Of a stretch of 64,000 nucleotides of DNA, positions 10,022 through 19,939 are shown piece after piece. How positions within the stretch are numbered: the stretch's first letter is position 1; each line of letters opens with the position of its first letter. Source of the stretch: an uncultured bacterium (GTDB lineage: Bacteria; Lernaellota; Lernaellaia; JACKCT01); NCBI GenBank assembly GCA_964591275.1, contig CAZQAE010000012.1:4860-68859 (forward strand), read 5' to 3'. The notes below the pieces were generated by a model that was given only the letters and a program-made list of their open reading frames with translations, was not told the DNA's origin and did no database searches. A program made the position numbers and the translations under genes.

Positions 10022-11113
10022 TTATTCGTCGCGTGCTTTCAGGAGCTTTTCCGGACTGTCGTTTTGCATGGCGACTCTCCATCCCAACTTTTGCATGGCG
10101 ACTCGCAACTTCTGATCCTTTTCATTTTTGAACAGAACGAGATTTGCCTTCCAGGATTTCAGGATGCGGTCTATTTCTTTGGCGGGGTTATTGCTCTTGA
10201 GAAGCCTGGCGCGATAACCTATCGCACGCAGTCCTCTCATTTCATCCGCCGGCAGATCGCCGATGAAACCGATTCCGCAATGCCAGTTTTCGTTGAGAAC
10301 GCGGGCGAGATGGGTGGCGTCGCCGGTCTTTTCGCCGGACGCGATGTAAAAAATCACATGAAAGTTTTTCGCCGCGGTGTCCTTTTGTTTCACATGCGCG
10401 TTGATTTTTTTTACTTCTGGACGTTCGCGGAGAAATTCGACCAGTTCATGCGTGGTGAATACTTCGCCGGGTTTATATAGGCCCTCATACACAGCCCGCG
10501 CAAAACGCAGATCGGCCTGATTGTCCACGGAGAGCCGAAATTCGCCGCGCACGCTTTCTGTCGGCTTCGGATGAACAAGCTTAAATTCATGGGCATGATT
10601 GCGGATGTATCGCGTGACGTGTTCCCGGTCCGGCCCCTCGTCGCCAAGCTGCCGCGATTTTTGCAAGGCTTTAAGCGTAACGGCTTCCATACCCTCATAG
10701 GCTGCGGGCGTCGCCGGGTCAGGCTCCGCGTAATCGCCATTATCTTTCAGCATTTCTTTTACGAGTCGGTCGATCATGCCCGGATCGATAAATGGAGAGT
10801 CGCCGCAGATGCGGACAATGACATCGAGATGGAATTCGTCCGCCGCGCCAAGAAAGCGGCTTTGCACATCGTCTTCGCTTCCCGCGAAGGATTGAACGTC
10901 CTCGCCCTGGGCATACGCAAGAATTTCTCGGTCGATCTGACGCGTTGACGTGGCGATGATGATTTCATCCAGGATTTCGCAGCGGCGCAATCTGTCGATA
11001 ATATGCCAAAGGACCGGCTTGCCCGCGATGCCTGCAAAGACTTTGCGCGGAAAGCGTGAAGAGCCGTTTCTGGCTTGCACAATGGCTCCGGCTCGTATGG
11101 GGGTTTTCGACAT
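10022..11113 (-). CDS. acylneuraminate/CMP-sugar cytidylyltransferase family protein with C-terminal extension
   Basis: AIVQARNGSSRFPRKVFAGIAGKPVLWHIIDRL is the CMP-NeuAc/CMP-KDO/SpsF-type cytidylyltransferase signature. Operonic with the GT2 gene. Confidence 0.65.
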   Translation of the reverse strand: MSKTPIRAGAIVQARNGSSRFPRKVFAGIAGKPVLWHIIDRLRRCEILDEIIIATSTRQIDREILAYAQGEDVQSFAGSEDDVQSRFLGAADEFHLDVIVRICGDSPFIDPGMIDRLVKEMLKDNGDYAEPDPATPAAYEGMEAVTLKALQKSRQLGDEGPDREHVTRYIRNHAHEFKLVHPKPTESVRGEFRLSVDNQADLRFARAVYEGLYKPGEVFTTHELVEFLRERPEVKKINAHVKQKDTAAKNFHVIFYIASGEKTGDATHLARVLNENWHCGIGFIGDLPADEMRGLRAIGYRARLLKSNNPAKEIDRILKSWKANLVLFKNEKDQKLRVAMQKLGWRVAMQNDSPEKLLKARDE

Positions 11114-11509
11114 AAAGCAATCCCGTGTAATGATCCCTTAGCGCATTATATACGCCATGATACGCTTTTATAAAAACCTTTCAGCGATGACGACGGAGAG
11201 GATAGCCGGCCTGATAGCGCTAAAGTTGCCTGAAAATCAAAGCTTTTTTATGCGAATCATCATTCGCACCGCATTGGTCAGAGCGTAAACGGATTCGCGT
11301 GAAATGGCCAATCATCGGGAAATTTCAGCATTTAATGTTGCAAATTCACGAATTAGGCGTTGGCACGGAATCTGCTTTTAACCATGACGGACTATTTCGG
11401 GTCTTTAGACTGTTGCGGTCGAATGACCTAACTTGTTATTTCGCTAAAGGCGTCATAAACTGCTGCGATTTTTCAACCTGGGAAAATCTCAGAGCGCTTC
11501 GAGGAACCC

Positions 11510-12367
11510 ATGTTCTTTTTGGACGTCGTAAAAAAATATCTTTGGATGATCAAGCTGGTTTTTGTCGCCGTTTTCGCCATTGAACTGGCCTTGCTGGTCA
11601 ACACGAGAATCGAGGCGAAAGTCGGCGCGGCGCCGATCATCGACTTGAGCGAGGTGACCCTGAGCGTGGCCGGCGGCTATATTTCGATCTCTGAATATGA
11701 GCAAATCCTGAAAAAGAACATTTTTAACTCGGCATACGTCTATAAGCCACGGGTTGCGAGCGGTATGAATCTGAAGGTGAACGAAGATTACGATCTTATC
11801 GGTACCGTGGCCTGGCGACAGCCATATTCCCTCGCGATAATCCAGGCAAAGCGAGCCAACAAGGTCGACGTCTATCGCGTTGGCGACCTAATTCAGGATG
11901 AGGCCGAAGTGACGCTCATTGAGCCTCGGCGCGTTACTTTATTGCGTGGCAGTAAGATCGAGATTCTGGAAATGCCCTATGAACGCATCGAGCTTGCCTC
12001 GCGGTCCAATCTTGAGGCTGGCGAAGGCGGCATCGCCAAGTCGGGCGACGACCATTTTGTCGTGGATAAAAGCGTCATCGATACGGCTTTTTCCAATTGG
12101 GGTCAGATGATGCGGGGAGCACGCATCATGCCTCATTTCGACAAGGGGAAAATCACCGGATTCAAGGTCTCCCGGATCAGGGCGGACAGCCTGTATAAGA
12201 AAATCGGTCTTGTAAATGGCGACATTCTTCACAGAATCAATGGACTGGAATTTAAAGGGCCCGAAGACGCCTTTAAAATGATGTCTGAACTCAAGGAATC
12301 AAAAAACGTTTCACTGGACATTTCCCGAAAAAGCGCCAGGAAAACATTGACCTATTCGATTCGATAA
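11510..12367 (+). CDS. gspC: type II secretion system protein GspC-like (N-terminal TM + C-terminal PDZ)
   Basis: N-terminal TM helix and a C-terminal PDZ-like segment (GFKVSRIRADSLYKKIGLVNGDILHRINGLEF); sits immediately upstream of the secretin. Confidence 0.55.
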   Translation: MFFLDVVKKYLWMIKLVFVAVFAIELALLVNTRIEAKVGAAPIIDLSEVTLSVAGGYISISEYEQILKKNIFNSAYVYKPRVASGMNLKVNEDYDLIGTVAWRQPYSLAIIQAKRANKVDVYRVGDLIQDEAEVTLIEPRRVTLLRGSKIEILEMPYERIELASRSNLEAGEGGIAKSGDDHFVVDKSVIDTAFSNWGQMMRGARIMPHFDKGKITGFKVSRIRADSLYKKIGLVNGDILHRINGLEFKGPEDAFKMMSELKESKNVSLDISRKSARKTLTYSIR

Positions 12368-12398
12368 GGGAAACACGATCCAAACGGGATATTTCGAT

Positions 12399-14933
12399 AT
12401 GAAAACAAGACAAAAAACAGGGAATCCTATGACGATAATGGCTTTCGGTTTAAAAAGGCGATCTTTCATTTTCGGATTGGTCCTTTTGATGATGCTCTCG
12501 ATGACGGTGTTTGCGGCGCAGGCCCAGGAAGAACCGACCAAGAGCGAAGATGAGGAAACCGCGACCGAAGAAGAAGGCGAACCGGACAAAACGGACAATT
12601 CCGACGAGGACGACGATACCGAAGAGGACGATGACACCGAGGAGGAAGAAGAAAAAACCGGAGAGGACAAAAAGGCCAAGCGTACTTTTCCGAGCCTCAA
12701 TGACAACGAACGCAACGTGTCCATCGATTTCACGGATACGGACATCAAGCAGATTGTGAAGATTATGTCGGAAATGACCGGCGAGAACTTCATGGTCGAT
12801 AAGGGCGTTTCCGGAACTGTCACGATCATCAGTCCCACGAAAGTCACGTCCCGGGAAGCCTATGACATTTTCATGTCCATATTGGCCGTTAACGGTTTTA
12901 CCACCGTCAAAGTTGGAAAGATCACAAAAATCATCCCGATCAAAGACGCGCAGTCATCGCCGGTCAAAACAAGAATGTCAGGATTGCCCAGGAGCAGCGA
13001 CGAATTCATCACTCAATTGGTGCCTTTGCAGCATATCGACGCCAATGACGCCATCACGGCCTTTAGAAGCTTCGTTTCGCCCAACGGCAACATGTTCGCC
13101 TACGGACCGTCGAACATGGTCATCATCCTCGATTCTTCCGTCAACGTGAAACGGCTCATGAGAATCCTGATGCAACTCGACGTGTCCGGCGGCAAGCAGG
13201 AGGTCGTGGTCATTCCCCTGGAGTACGCCTCGGCGGAGCAATTGGCTGACGTCATCCTGGAACTTTTCGAAGCGACTTCCTCGAAAACACCAGCGCGAAG
13301 GACCATTCAAAGCCGCCTGCGAGCACGTAGCAAACGTGGAGCCACCAGAAAAACCGCTCTCGGCAGCACATCCGTTCCGGCGAAAGACGACACCAAGATT
13401 CTGGCTGACACACGCACCAACAGCCTGATCGTCAAGGCCGGAAAAGTCGGTCTGACTCAGATAATGAATCTCATCAGAAAATTGGATCAACCTTTGCCCG
13501 GCGGCGAAGGGAAAATCCATGTTGTATTTTTAGAGAACGCGGAATCCGAAGAACTGGCGCAGACACTGGCTGATCTTGCCGGTAGCGGAGGAGGCACGGG
13601 CGCCGCCAGGGGTCTTAGCAAATCCCGCAGCAACACCAAAAACATGGCGCGCAACAGGACTCAGGGACTGCGTGGACAGCAGCAGCAGGGAAATCAGCGA
13701 CTGGGACAAACGACGGGGCGCTTTCTGGCCGACTTCGATGGCGCGGTTCGCATCACGGCGGAGCCTGCCACCAACTCCCTGGTCATCATCGCCAGCAACC
13801 GGGATTTCAAGATTTTAAAGGAAGTTATCGACAAGCTCGATATTCCGCGACGACAGGTCTTTGTTGAGGCGCTGATTATGGAAATCAGCATGGACCGCGG
13901 CTTGGACGTGGGATTCGAGTTCCGTTCGACCAATGATATGAGTGAAGACGGCGTCCAGGTTATCGGCGGCACCAATTACGGCGGCATTCAACAGGCCGCC
14001 GCCAATCCGATGGGCATCTCGGGATTCGCCATCGGCGCCGCCGACGGCACCATTACCTTTGCCGGTGAGACCTTTCCCAACATCGGCGCTCTGTTTCGCG
14101 CCATGGCCACAGATCAGGACGTGAACATTCTGTCCACGCCGCACATATTGACCCTGGACAACGAGGAAGCGGAAATCGTGGTCGCCGACAACGTTCCCTT
14201 CGTGACCGGGCAGATTTTTTCGACGAATAACACGAATCCGACCACGACCATCGAGCGCAAAGACGTGGGCATCACGCTGCGCCTGACGCCGCAGATTAAC
14301 GAAAGCGACTTCGTAAAGCTGATGATCTATCAGGAAGTCAGCCAGGTGACCGACAGTCCCGAGGGTCTTTCGGCGGCCTCGGTGGGCGTGACGACGGCCA
14401 AACGCACCGCCGACACGGTGGTGGTGGTCAAGGATCGACAGACGGTGATCATCGGTGGATTGCTCAAAGACTCCAGCCAGATTGTTGAATCGAAAATCCC
14501 GATCCTGGGCGACATACCTCTGCTGGGATACCTGTTCAAAAGCAGCAAGTCCAAGGTGAGCAAAACGAACCTTCTGATCTTCCTGACGCCGTACATCATC
14601 AAAGACTCGGCGGATATTGAGGAAGTGACGCGCATGACCAACAAGCGGATGGAAGATTTCCGCGAGCGACATCAAATTCCCCAAACCTTCGACCGTTTCA
14701 ACGATCTGGATCCCGACCGGATAACGCCCAAGGAAGGCGTGTTCAAGGCCCCGATGGGAGAGTCCATCGAGACCGATCCGAGGCTGCGCCGCCAGTTGGA
14801 GGGAACGGAAGAAGAGAGCTTTGATGAAAACCAAAGCTCAACGGAAGACGACGAGGAGGATCAGGGCGCACGGGATGAGACATCCACCGGTTCGGAACCG
14901 GACGATCTTCAACCTCTCGAAGAGGGTCAATAG
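12399..14933 (+). CDS. gspD: type II secretion system secretin GspD with acidic N- and C-terminal low-complexity extensions
   Basis: Secretin N domains and the C-terminal secretin core (NVNILSTPHILTLDNEEAEIVVADNVPFVTGQ, LLIFLTPYIIKD); acidic tract EEPTKSEDEETATEEEGEPDKTDNSDEDDDTEEDDDTEEEEEK after the signal peptide. Confidence 0.85.
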   Translation: MKTRQKTGNPMTIMAFGLKRRSFIFGLVLLMMLSMTVFAAQAQEEPTKSEDEETATEEEGEPDKTDNSDEDDDTEEDDDTEEEEEKTGEDKKAKRTFPSLNDNERNVSIDFTDTDIKQIVKIMSEMTGENFMVDKGVSGTVTIISPTKVTSREAYDIFMSILAVNGFTTVKVGKITKIIPIKDAQSSPVKTRMSGLPRSSDEFITQLVPLQHIDANDAITAFRSFVSPNGNMFAYGPSNMVIILDSSVNVKRLMRILMQLDVSGGKQEVVVIPLEYASAEQLADVILELFEATSSKTPARRTIQSRLRARSKRGATRKTALGSTSVPAKDDTKILADTRTNSLIVKAGKVGLTQIMNLIRKLDQPLPGGEGKIHVVFLENAESEELAQTLADLAGSGGGTGAARGLSKSRSNTKNMARNRTQGLRGQQQQGNQRLGQTTGRFLADFDGAVRITAEPATNSLVIIASNRDFKILKEVIDKLDIPRRQVFVEALIMEISMDRGLDVGFEFRSTNDMSEDGVQVIGGTNYGGIQQAAANPMGISGFAIGAADGTITFAGETFPNIGALFRAMATDQDVNILSTPHILTLDNEEAEIVVADNVPFVTGQIFSTNNTNPTTTIERKDVGITLRLTPQINESDFVKLMIYQEVSQVTDSPEGLSAASVGVTTAKRTADTVVVVKDRQTVIIGGLLKDSSQIVESKIPILGDIPLLGYLFKSSKSKVSKTNLLIFLTPYIIKDSADIEEVTRMTNKRMEDFRERHQIPQTFDRFNDLDPDRITPKEGVFKAPMGESIETDPRLRRQLEGTEEESFDENQSSTEDDEEDQGARDETSTGSEPDDLQPLEEGQ

Positions 14934-14976
14934 CGATCGGTTTCGACATCTCCCAACCAGGATTAGTGTAAGGATC

Positions 14977-16674
14977 ATGGCGAAGCGAATTGGTGAAATA
15001 CTTGTTGAAAACGGCGTAATTGACGCGGAGACGCTGGACAAGGCGCTGGAAGCGCAGGAGCAAAAGGGCGGACTTCTGGGCGAGACTCTCATTCGGATGA
15101 AGGCCGTTTCCGAATTGGATTGTCTAAAAGCCCTGGCCGGGCAGTTTCATCTTCCGCTGATAGAGCAAATCGATCCGGAAAAGGTCGATGGCAGTCTTCT
15201 GGCGCGGATTCCGATCAATTACGCGAAAAAGAACCTGGTTTTGCCTCTTCATGTCGAAGACGAAAAGATCCTTGTGGCCTGCACCAATCCCCTGGCCTAT
15301 ACGGTTCTCGACGACCTGAGAGTATTTTTGGGCGGGGAGATTCAGCCCATTCTGTCCACGGTGGGCATGATCTTCGACGCGATCAACATCGCATACGACA
15401 AGGCCAAGGAAACCACTGACGAGATGCTCGACCATCTGGAGGATGAGAGCGCCGCGCCCACCTTCGACCTGGACGAGATCACCGATATCATCGACGCTAC
15501 CGACGAAGATGCGCCCATCATCCGCCTCATCAATCACCTGATGTACAAGGCGGTCAAGGATCGCGCCTCCGATATTCACATCGAGGTTTTTGAAAACGAC
15601 GTCATCGTTCGCTTTCGCATCGACGGCGTGCTTTACGAAGTTATGAAGCCGCCGAAGCGCTTCCACAATTCTATTGCCACGCGCGTGAAAATCATGGCGA
15701 AATTGAATATCGCTGAAAAACGTATCCCGCAGGACGGGCGTATCCGCATCAAAATAGCCGGCAAGGACATCGACATTCGAACCAGCATCATCCCAACGGC
15801 TTGGGGAGAGCGCGTCGTTATGCGCCTGCTGGATAAATCGCAGGTGAGCCTTGACCTGGAAGGATTGGGGCTGGGCGGTGAAAAACTTCATAAGGTTGAA
15901 GCGCTTATTCAAAATCCTTACGGCATTCTCCTGGTGACCGGTCCGACCGGTTCCGGGAAAACCACGACTCTCTATGCCTCGCTGGTTCGTCTCAACAAGC
16001 CGGATGTCAACATTCTGACCGTCGAGGACCCGATAGAATATCAGATTTCCGGCATCGGCCAGATGCAGGTTAATCCGAAGATCAAACTCACTTTCGCCTC
16101 GGGCTTGCGTTCTTTTTTGCGGCAGGATCCCGACATCATTCTCGTCGGCGAAATCCGCGATCTGGAAACTGCGGAAATCGCGATCCAGGCGTCCTTAACC
16201 GGCCATCTGGTCTTCTCGACCCTCCACACAAATGACTCGGCCAGCGCTTTTACGCGTCTGGTCGATATGGGCATGGAGCCTTTCCTGGTGTCCAGTTCGC
16301 TGATCGGCGTTATTGCGCAAAGGCTGGTGCGTGTCCTGTGCCCGCAGTGCAAAGCGGTCTATTCGCCGACCGAAGAAGAGTTGGCAAAAATCGATCTTAA
16401 GCCGGAGGATGTCAAAACTCCCATTTACAAGTCCGTCGGCTGCTCAAACTGCATGGACACCGGATATTCGGATCGAACCGCTATCTACGAAATCCTCACG
16501 ATGGATGAGGACATCCAGCAACTGATTCTTTCCAACGCAGACGCCAACGCTATCAAACGAAAAGCTATCGACAACGGTATGACGACCTTGCGGATGGATG
16601 GAGCAGACAAGGTGCTGCGCGGCGAAACAAGCATCCAGGAAATTCTGCGTGTCACATCGGCGGATGTGCAATGA
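14977..16674 (+). CDS. gspE: type II secretion ATPase GspE
   Basis: Walker A LVTGPTGSGKTTTL, Asp/His boxes and the C-terminal CxxC...CxxC zinc motif (CPQCK...CSNCMDTG); start ATG at 14977 preceded by TAAGGA. Confidence 0.9.
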   Translation: MAKRIGEILVENGVIDAETLDKALEAQEQKGGLLGETLIRMKAVSELDCLKALAGQFHLPLIEQIDPEKVDGSLLARIPINYAKKNLVLPLHVEDEKILVACTNPLAYTVLDDLRVFLGGEIQPILSTVGMIFDAINIAYDKAKETTDEMLDHLEDESAAPTFDLDEITDIIDATDEDAPIIRLINHLMYKAVKDRASDIHIEVFENDVIVRFRIDGVLYEVMKPPKRFHNSIATRVKIMAKLNIAEKRIPQDGRIRIKIAGKDIDIRTSIIPTAWGERVVMRLLDKSQVSLDLEGLGLGGEKLHKVEALIQNPYGILLVTGPTGSGKTTTLYASLVRLNKPDVNILTVEDPIEYQISGIGQMQVNPKIKLTFASGLRSFLRQDPDIILVGEIRDLETAEIAIQASLTGHLVFSTLHTNDSASAFTRLVDMGMEPFLVSSSLIGVIAQRLVRVLCPQCKAVYSPTEEELAKIDLKPEDVKTPIYKSVGCSNCMDTGYSDRTAIYEILTMDEDIQQLILSNADANAIKRKAIDNGMTTLRMDGADKVLRGETSIQEILRVTSADVQ

Positions 16675-16715
16675 GCAGTGAACAATGAGCAATGAACAAT
16701 TAGCAATGAACAGTG
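16669..16715. repeat. 14 bp tandem repeat (CAATGAGCAATGAA x about 3.3) starting at the gspE stop codon
   Basis: caatgagcagtgaa caatgagcaatgaa caattagcaatgaa cagtg. Confidence 0.7.
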
Positions 16716-16797
16716 TAGGAGCGACATTCTTGTCGCGATCCCGGCGTAGGGGGCAGGTCCCCCGTGCCTGCCCGTGTAGGAGCGATATAACTCGCGG
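16713..16797. repeat. palindromic dispersed repeat family 1, copy B (two left-arm copies flanking a G5-N5-C5 hairpin)
   Basis: gtgtaggagcgacattcttgtcgcga ... gggggcaggtccccc ... gtgtaggagcgatataactcgcg; lies in the gspE-gspF intergenic region. Confidence 0.5.
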
Positions 16798-16813
16798 AAA
16801 ATAAGCGAAACCA

Positions 16814-18046
16814 ATGCCCGTTTATCAATACAAAGCCATGAACGCCCAGGGAAAATCGATCTCGGGCCTTATCGACGCGGACAATGAAAACACCGCCAAG
16901 GCGAAACTCCGTCAGGAAAAAAAATTCCCCACCTCCATCGAAGAGGTTGAGGAAGGCAAGGTCACGCGGGGCAAGGGCCTGTCCATGGAGATCGACCTGC
17001 GTGTCTTGCTGGGACGCATCAAAACGCAGGATCTGGCCATAGCTTTGCGCCAGTTCTCCACATTGATCGGCGCGAGTATTCCCATGGACAACGCCTTGAT
17101 GGCCCTTTCCAAGCAGGTCGAAAATCCACTTCTTATGAAGATATTCACGCAGGTGCGTGAGAAGGTGACTCAAGGGACTTCTCTGGCCAACGCCTTGAAG
17201 GATTTTCCGAAAACTTTCACGCCTCTTATGGTGAACATGATCAACGCCGGCGAGCAATCCGGCACCCTGGATCAGGTTTTGGGGCGCATTGCCGACTTCT
17301 CCGAGGACACGCTCGACCGTCAGCAAAGAATCAAATCCGCCATCATGTATCCGATTTTCATGCTCTTTATCGGCTCGGGCATTATGGCCTATCTCGTCGC
17401 CTTCGTGATCCCCAAAATATCCCAGATTTTTGAGGGAATGCACAAAACTCTGCCGCCGATGACCCTGCTGCTGCTGGGCACCGCCGACTTCATCAAAAAT
17501 TACTGGTGGTTTGCGATAATCCTCGGAATCGCGGGGTACTGGCTTTTTTCCCGCTGGCGCAAAACACCCAAAGGGCGCAAGAAATTCGACCGCTTCACTC
17601 TTTGGCTGCCGGTGTTCGGGCCGCTGATCCGGAAAATTGCCGTGAGCCGTTTCACACGCACTTTGGGAACCCTGCTGAGCAGCGGCGTGCCGATCATCGA
17701 GTCGATGAACATTGTCAAAAACGTCGTTTCCAATGTCATCATCGAAGAGGCGATTGACGGCGCCAAGGACAATATCCGCGAAGGGCAGTCAGTCTCCCGT
17801 CCCCTGGAGGCTTCCGGCGTATTTCCTCCCATGGTGATTCACATGATTATGGTGGGTGAACAGACCGGAGAGCTGGAGGATATGCTCTTTCGCGTGGCGG
17901 ACGCCTATGACCGGGAAGTCGCCTCGGCCATTACGGGTATGATGGCCCTGCTGGAGCCGGTGATGATTCTCGTCATGGCCGGCGCCGTCGGATTTGCCGT
18001 CATTTCGATTCTGATGCCGATCATGGACATGACGACGGGAATGTGA
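16814..18046 (+). CDS. gspF: type II secretion inner-membrane platform protein GspF
   Basis: MPVYQYKAMNAQGKSISG is the GspF/PilC N-terminus; two repeated T2SSF domains with 3 TM segments. Confidence 0.9.
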   Translation: MPVYQYKAMNAQGKSISGLIDADNENTAKAKLRQEKKFPTSIEEVEEGKVTRGKGLSMEIDLRVLLGRIKTQDLAIALRQFSTLIGASIPMDNALMALSKQVENPLLMKIFTQVREKVTQGTSLANALKDFPKTFTPLMVNMINAGEQSGTLDQVLGRIADFSEDTLDRQQRIKSAIMYPIFMLFIGSGIMAYLVAFVIPKISQIFEGMHKTLPPMTLLLLGTADFIKNYWWFAIILGIAGYWLFSRWRKTPKGRKKFDRFTLWLPVFGPLIRKIAVSRFTRTLGTLLSSGVPIIESMNIVKNVVSNVIIEEAIDGAKDNIREGQSVSRPLEASGVFPPMVIHMIMVGEQTGELEDMLFRVADAYDREVASAITGMMALLEPVMILVMAGAVGFAVISILMPIMDMTTGM

Positions 18047-18217
18047 TGTCCGATTTGAGTGAATGGATGCATCTGGATGTTGATCGCTTTGGTGAAAGCC
18101 GCTTTCGCGAAGGAACCGTTTAAGATGGCATCGGGATTGCAAAGTATATTCCGACAGACTCCTGGGGATATGAAAACCTGAGTCGAATATGGATTATTGC
18201 GCGTAAGGAGGTTCGCG

Positions 18218-18655
18218 ATGACGTTTTTGAAGCTGAGAAGGCCTTTACCCACCGGACGCCGTATGGTTTCGGGCGGTTTTACATTGCTGGAAATCATGGT
18301 GGTGGTCATCATCATCGGAACCATCGCCGGACTGGTCGGCGTCAAGGTTCTCGATAGATTGGAACAGGCCCGGATGGAGGCGTCCATGGCGCAAATGTCT
18401 TCGATAAAAAGCGCACTCGACCTTTTCAAAATGGACAACGGATTTTATCCGACGACCGACATCGGTCTGATGGCGCTCGTAGCGCCCAGACCCGACGCGA
18501 TGGGAGCGGGAGTTTCCGGTTATCTGAACAGCGATATGGTGCCTGTCGACCCCTGGAACCGACCCTATGGCTATGTTTCCGATGGTTATGCCTTTACAGT
18601 CTGGTCCAACGGACCCGACGGCGTGCCGCAATCGCAGGATGACATCACGGGCTGA
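18218..18655 (+). CDS. gspG: major pseudopilin GspG
   Basis: Prepilin motif G|FTLLEIMVVVIIIGTIAG; AAGGAGG RBS 8 nt upstream of the ATG at 18218. The alternative ATG at 18263 would give the canonical short leader MVSGG|F. Confidence 0.85.
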   Translation: MTFLKLRRPLPTGRRMVSGGFTLLEIMVVVIIIGTIAGLVGVKVLDRLEQARMEASMAQMSSIKSALDLFKMDNGFYPTTDIGLMALVAPRPDAMGAGVSGYLNSDMVPVDPWNRPYGYVSDGYAFTVWSNGPDGVPQSQDDITG

Positions 18656-18698
18656 GCTTCCGGTGGCATCATGCCAATCCAATGCGGAAGGTGGATGA

Positions 18699-19373
18699 TT
18701 GAAATCGCGATGGATACAGCATGTCGCCAGGGGATTACGCTGCGGTGATTTCAAGTCGCGGGCGCGCGCCGTGACGATTTGCATCAGCGCAAAATCCCTT
18801 CCCCGAAACGCCGCCAAAGGATTCACGTTACTGGAAATCCTCGCTGTGATGCTCATTATCGCCATTGTCATGTCCATCGCCATACCCCGATTCGGAGACG
18901 TTTTTCAGACCAATGTCAAAGGAGCGATGCGGAAATTCACTGGAATGGTGAAATTTTGTTTCCATGAGTCGGTCATTAAGCAGACTCATTTGAGGCTGAT
19001 GATTGATCCGGTCAAAGGAGAATACTGGCCGACCTTATTGGCGACATCCGGCAGCGTTGGCCAATTCGTGAGTTTAACCGGCAGCGATGTCATTTCAAAA
19101 AAAGGCAAGCTTCCTAACGGCATTCGCTTCATTGACGTGGTGACGCCTCATAACATCTTTAAAATCGACAAGGACGAGGCCTTTATCGCCTTTTATCCGA
19201 CCGGTTTCGTGGAAAGGTCAGTGATTCATCTCGGCGACGACGCCGGTCGATTTTACACCCTCGTCACGCAGCCTCTCACAGGGGATATGGAGGTTCTGGA
19301 CGGTTACGTGGACATTGCCGACACCAATCAATTCGAGGGACCGTTCTCGCTGTCGCAAAGCGGAAACCAATGA
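18699..19373 (+). CDS. gspH: minor pseudopilin GspH-like
   Basis: KG|FTLLEILAVMLIIAIVMSIAIP prepilin motif; the ORF begins with TTG; an internal GTG at 18761 would give a 17 aa leader; the true start is unresolved. Confidence 0.6.
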   Translation: MKSRWIQHVARGLRCGDFKSRARAVTICISAKSLPRNAAKGFTLLEILAVMLIIAIVMSIAIPRFGDVFQTNVKGAMRKFTGMVKFCFHESVIKQTHLRLMIDPVKGEYWPTLLATSGSVGQFVSLTGSDVISKKGKLPNGIRFIDVVTPHNIFKIDKDEAFIAFYPTGFVERSVIHLGDDAGRFYTLVTQPLTGDMEVLDGYVDIADTNQFEGPFSLSQSGNQ

Positions 19374-19939
19374 TGCAACGTGGACAAAATCCCGAGATCA
19401 AACAGGCAAGGAACCGGATTATTTTCGGCGCTTTCACTCCGCGCGAAGGCCGCAAGGGCTTTTCGCTTTTGGAAGTCATGGTCGCGATGGCTATTTTGGC
19501 GACGGTTCTGGTGGTGCTCCTTCAAAATCACGGAATGTCCATACGGGTGAGCCTTCGCGCCAGGCAGGCTTCCGTCGCCGCGAATCTTGCGCGGGACCTG
19601 ATGACGGAGATCGAACTGGAAGGTTTTCCCATGGTGGGCTCGGAAACGGGGAACTTCATGGACCGCTACCCAGGTCTGTATCCGGGATATACCTGGGAGC
19701 GCGAGGTGAACGAAAGCGTCTTCGCTGACTATATCCGCGAGGTAACGGTCCGCGTGAACTATCCCGTGGATCGCAGCACGGCAGGGATAGAACTTCTCAA
19801 CCTCATCGGCGCCAAGGACATCGAGGAACAGGAGATGGCCGGCCTTGGCGGCGGCGAGCTGTCCGGGAAAAGTCCCGGCGAACAGGCTCTCATGAGCAGC
19901 ATGGGGCGCATGAGCGAAGGCGGTGGAGATAAGAAATGA
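19370..19939 (+). CDS. gspI: minor pseudopilin GspI
   Basis: KG|FSLLEVMVAMAILATVLVVL followed by the typical GspI N-terminal segment; ATGA overlap with gspH; leader of about 29 aa. Confidence 0.7.
   Translation: MMQRGQNPEIKQARNRIIFGAFTPREGRKGFSLLEVMVAMAILATVLVVLLQNHGMSIRVSLRARQASVAANLARDLMTEIELEGFPMVGSETGNFMDRYPGLYPGYTWEREVNESVFADYIREVTVRVNYPVDRSTAGIELLNLIGAKDIEEQEMAGLGGGELSGKSPGEQALMSSMGRMSEGGGDKK

Noticed and set aside
11299-11583. 94 aa ORF overlapping the gspC start
   Set aside because: It overlaps the better-supported gspC start region, has no RBS and no motif, and is probably a spurious frame in the divergent promoter region.
12311-12847. 178 aa Ser-rich ORF on the minus strand
   Set aside because: It is antisense to the acidic N-terminal region of gspD; poly-Ser is the mirror image of the GA(A/G/C) Asp/Glu codons; no start context.
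13815-14834. 339 aa minus-strand ORF, plus several other long antisense ORFs (16700-17443, 54626-55498, 24394-25248)
   Set aside because: All overlap well-supported genes (gspD, gspF, malic enzyme and the lipoprotein respectively) on the opposite strand and have no recognisable motifs; these are GC-driven open frames.
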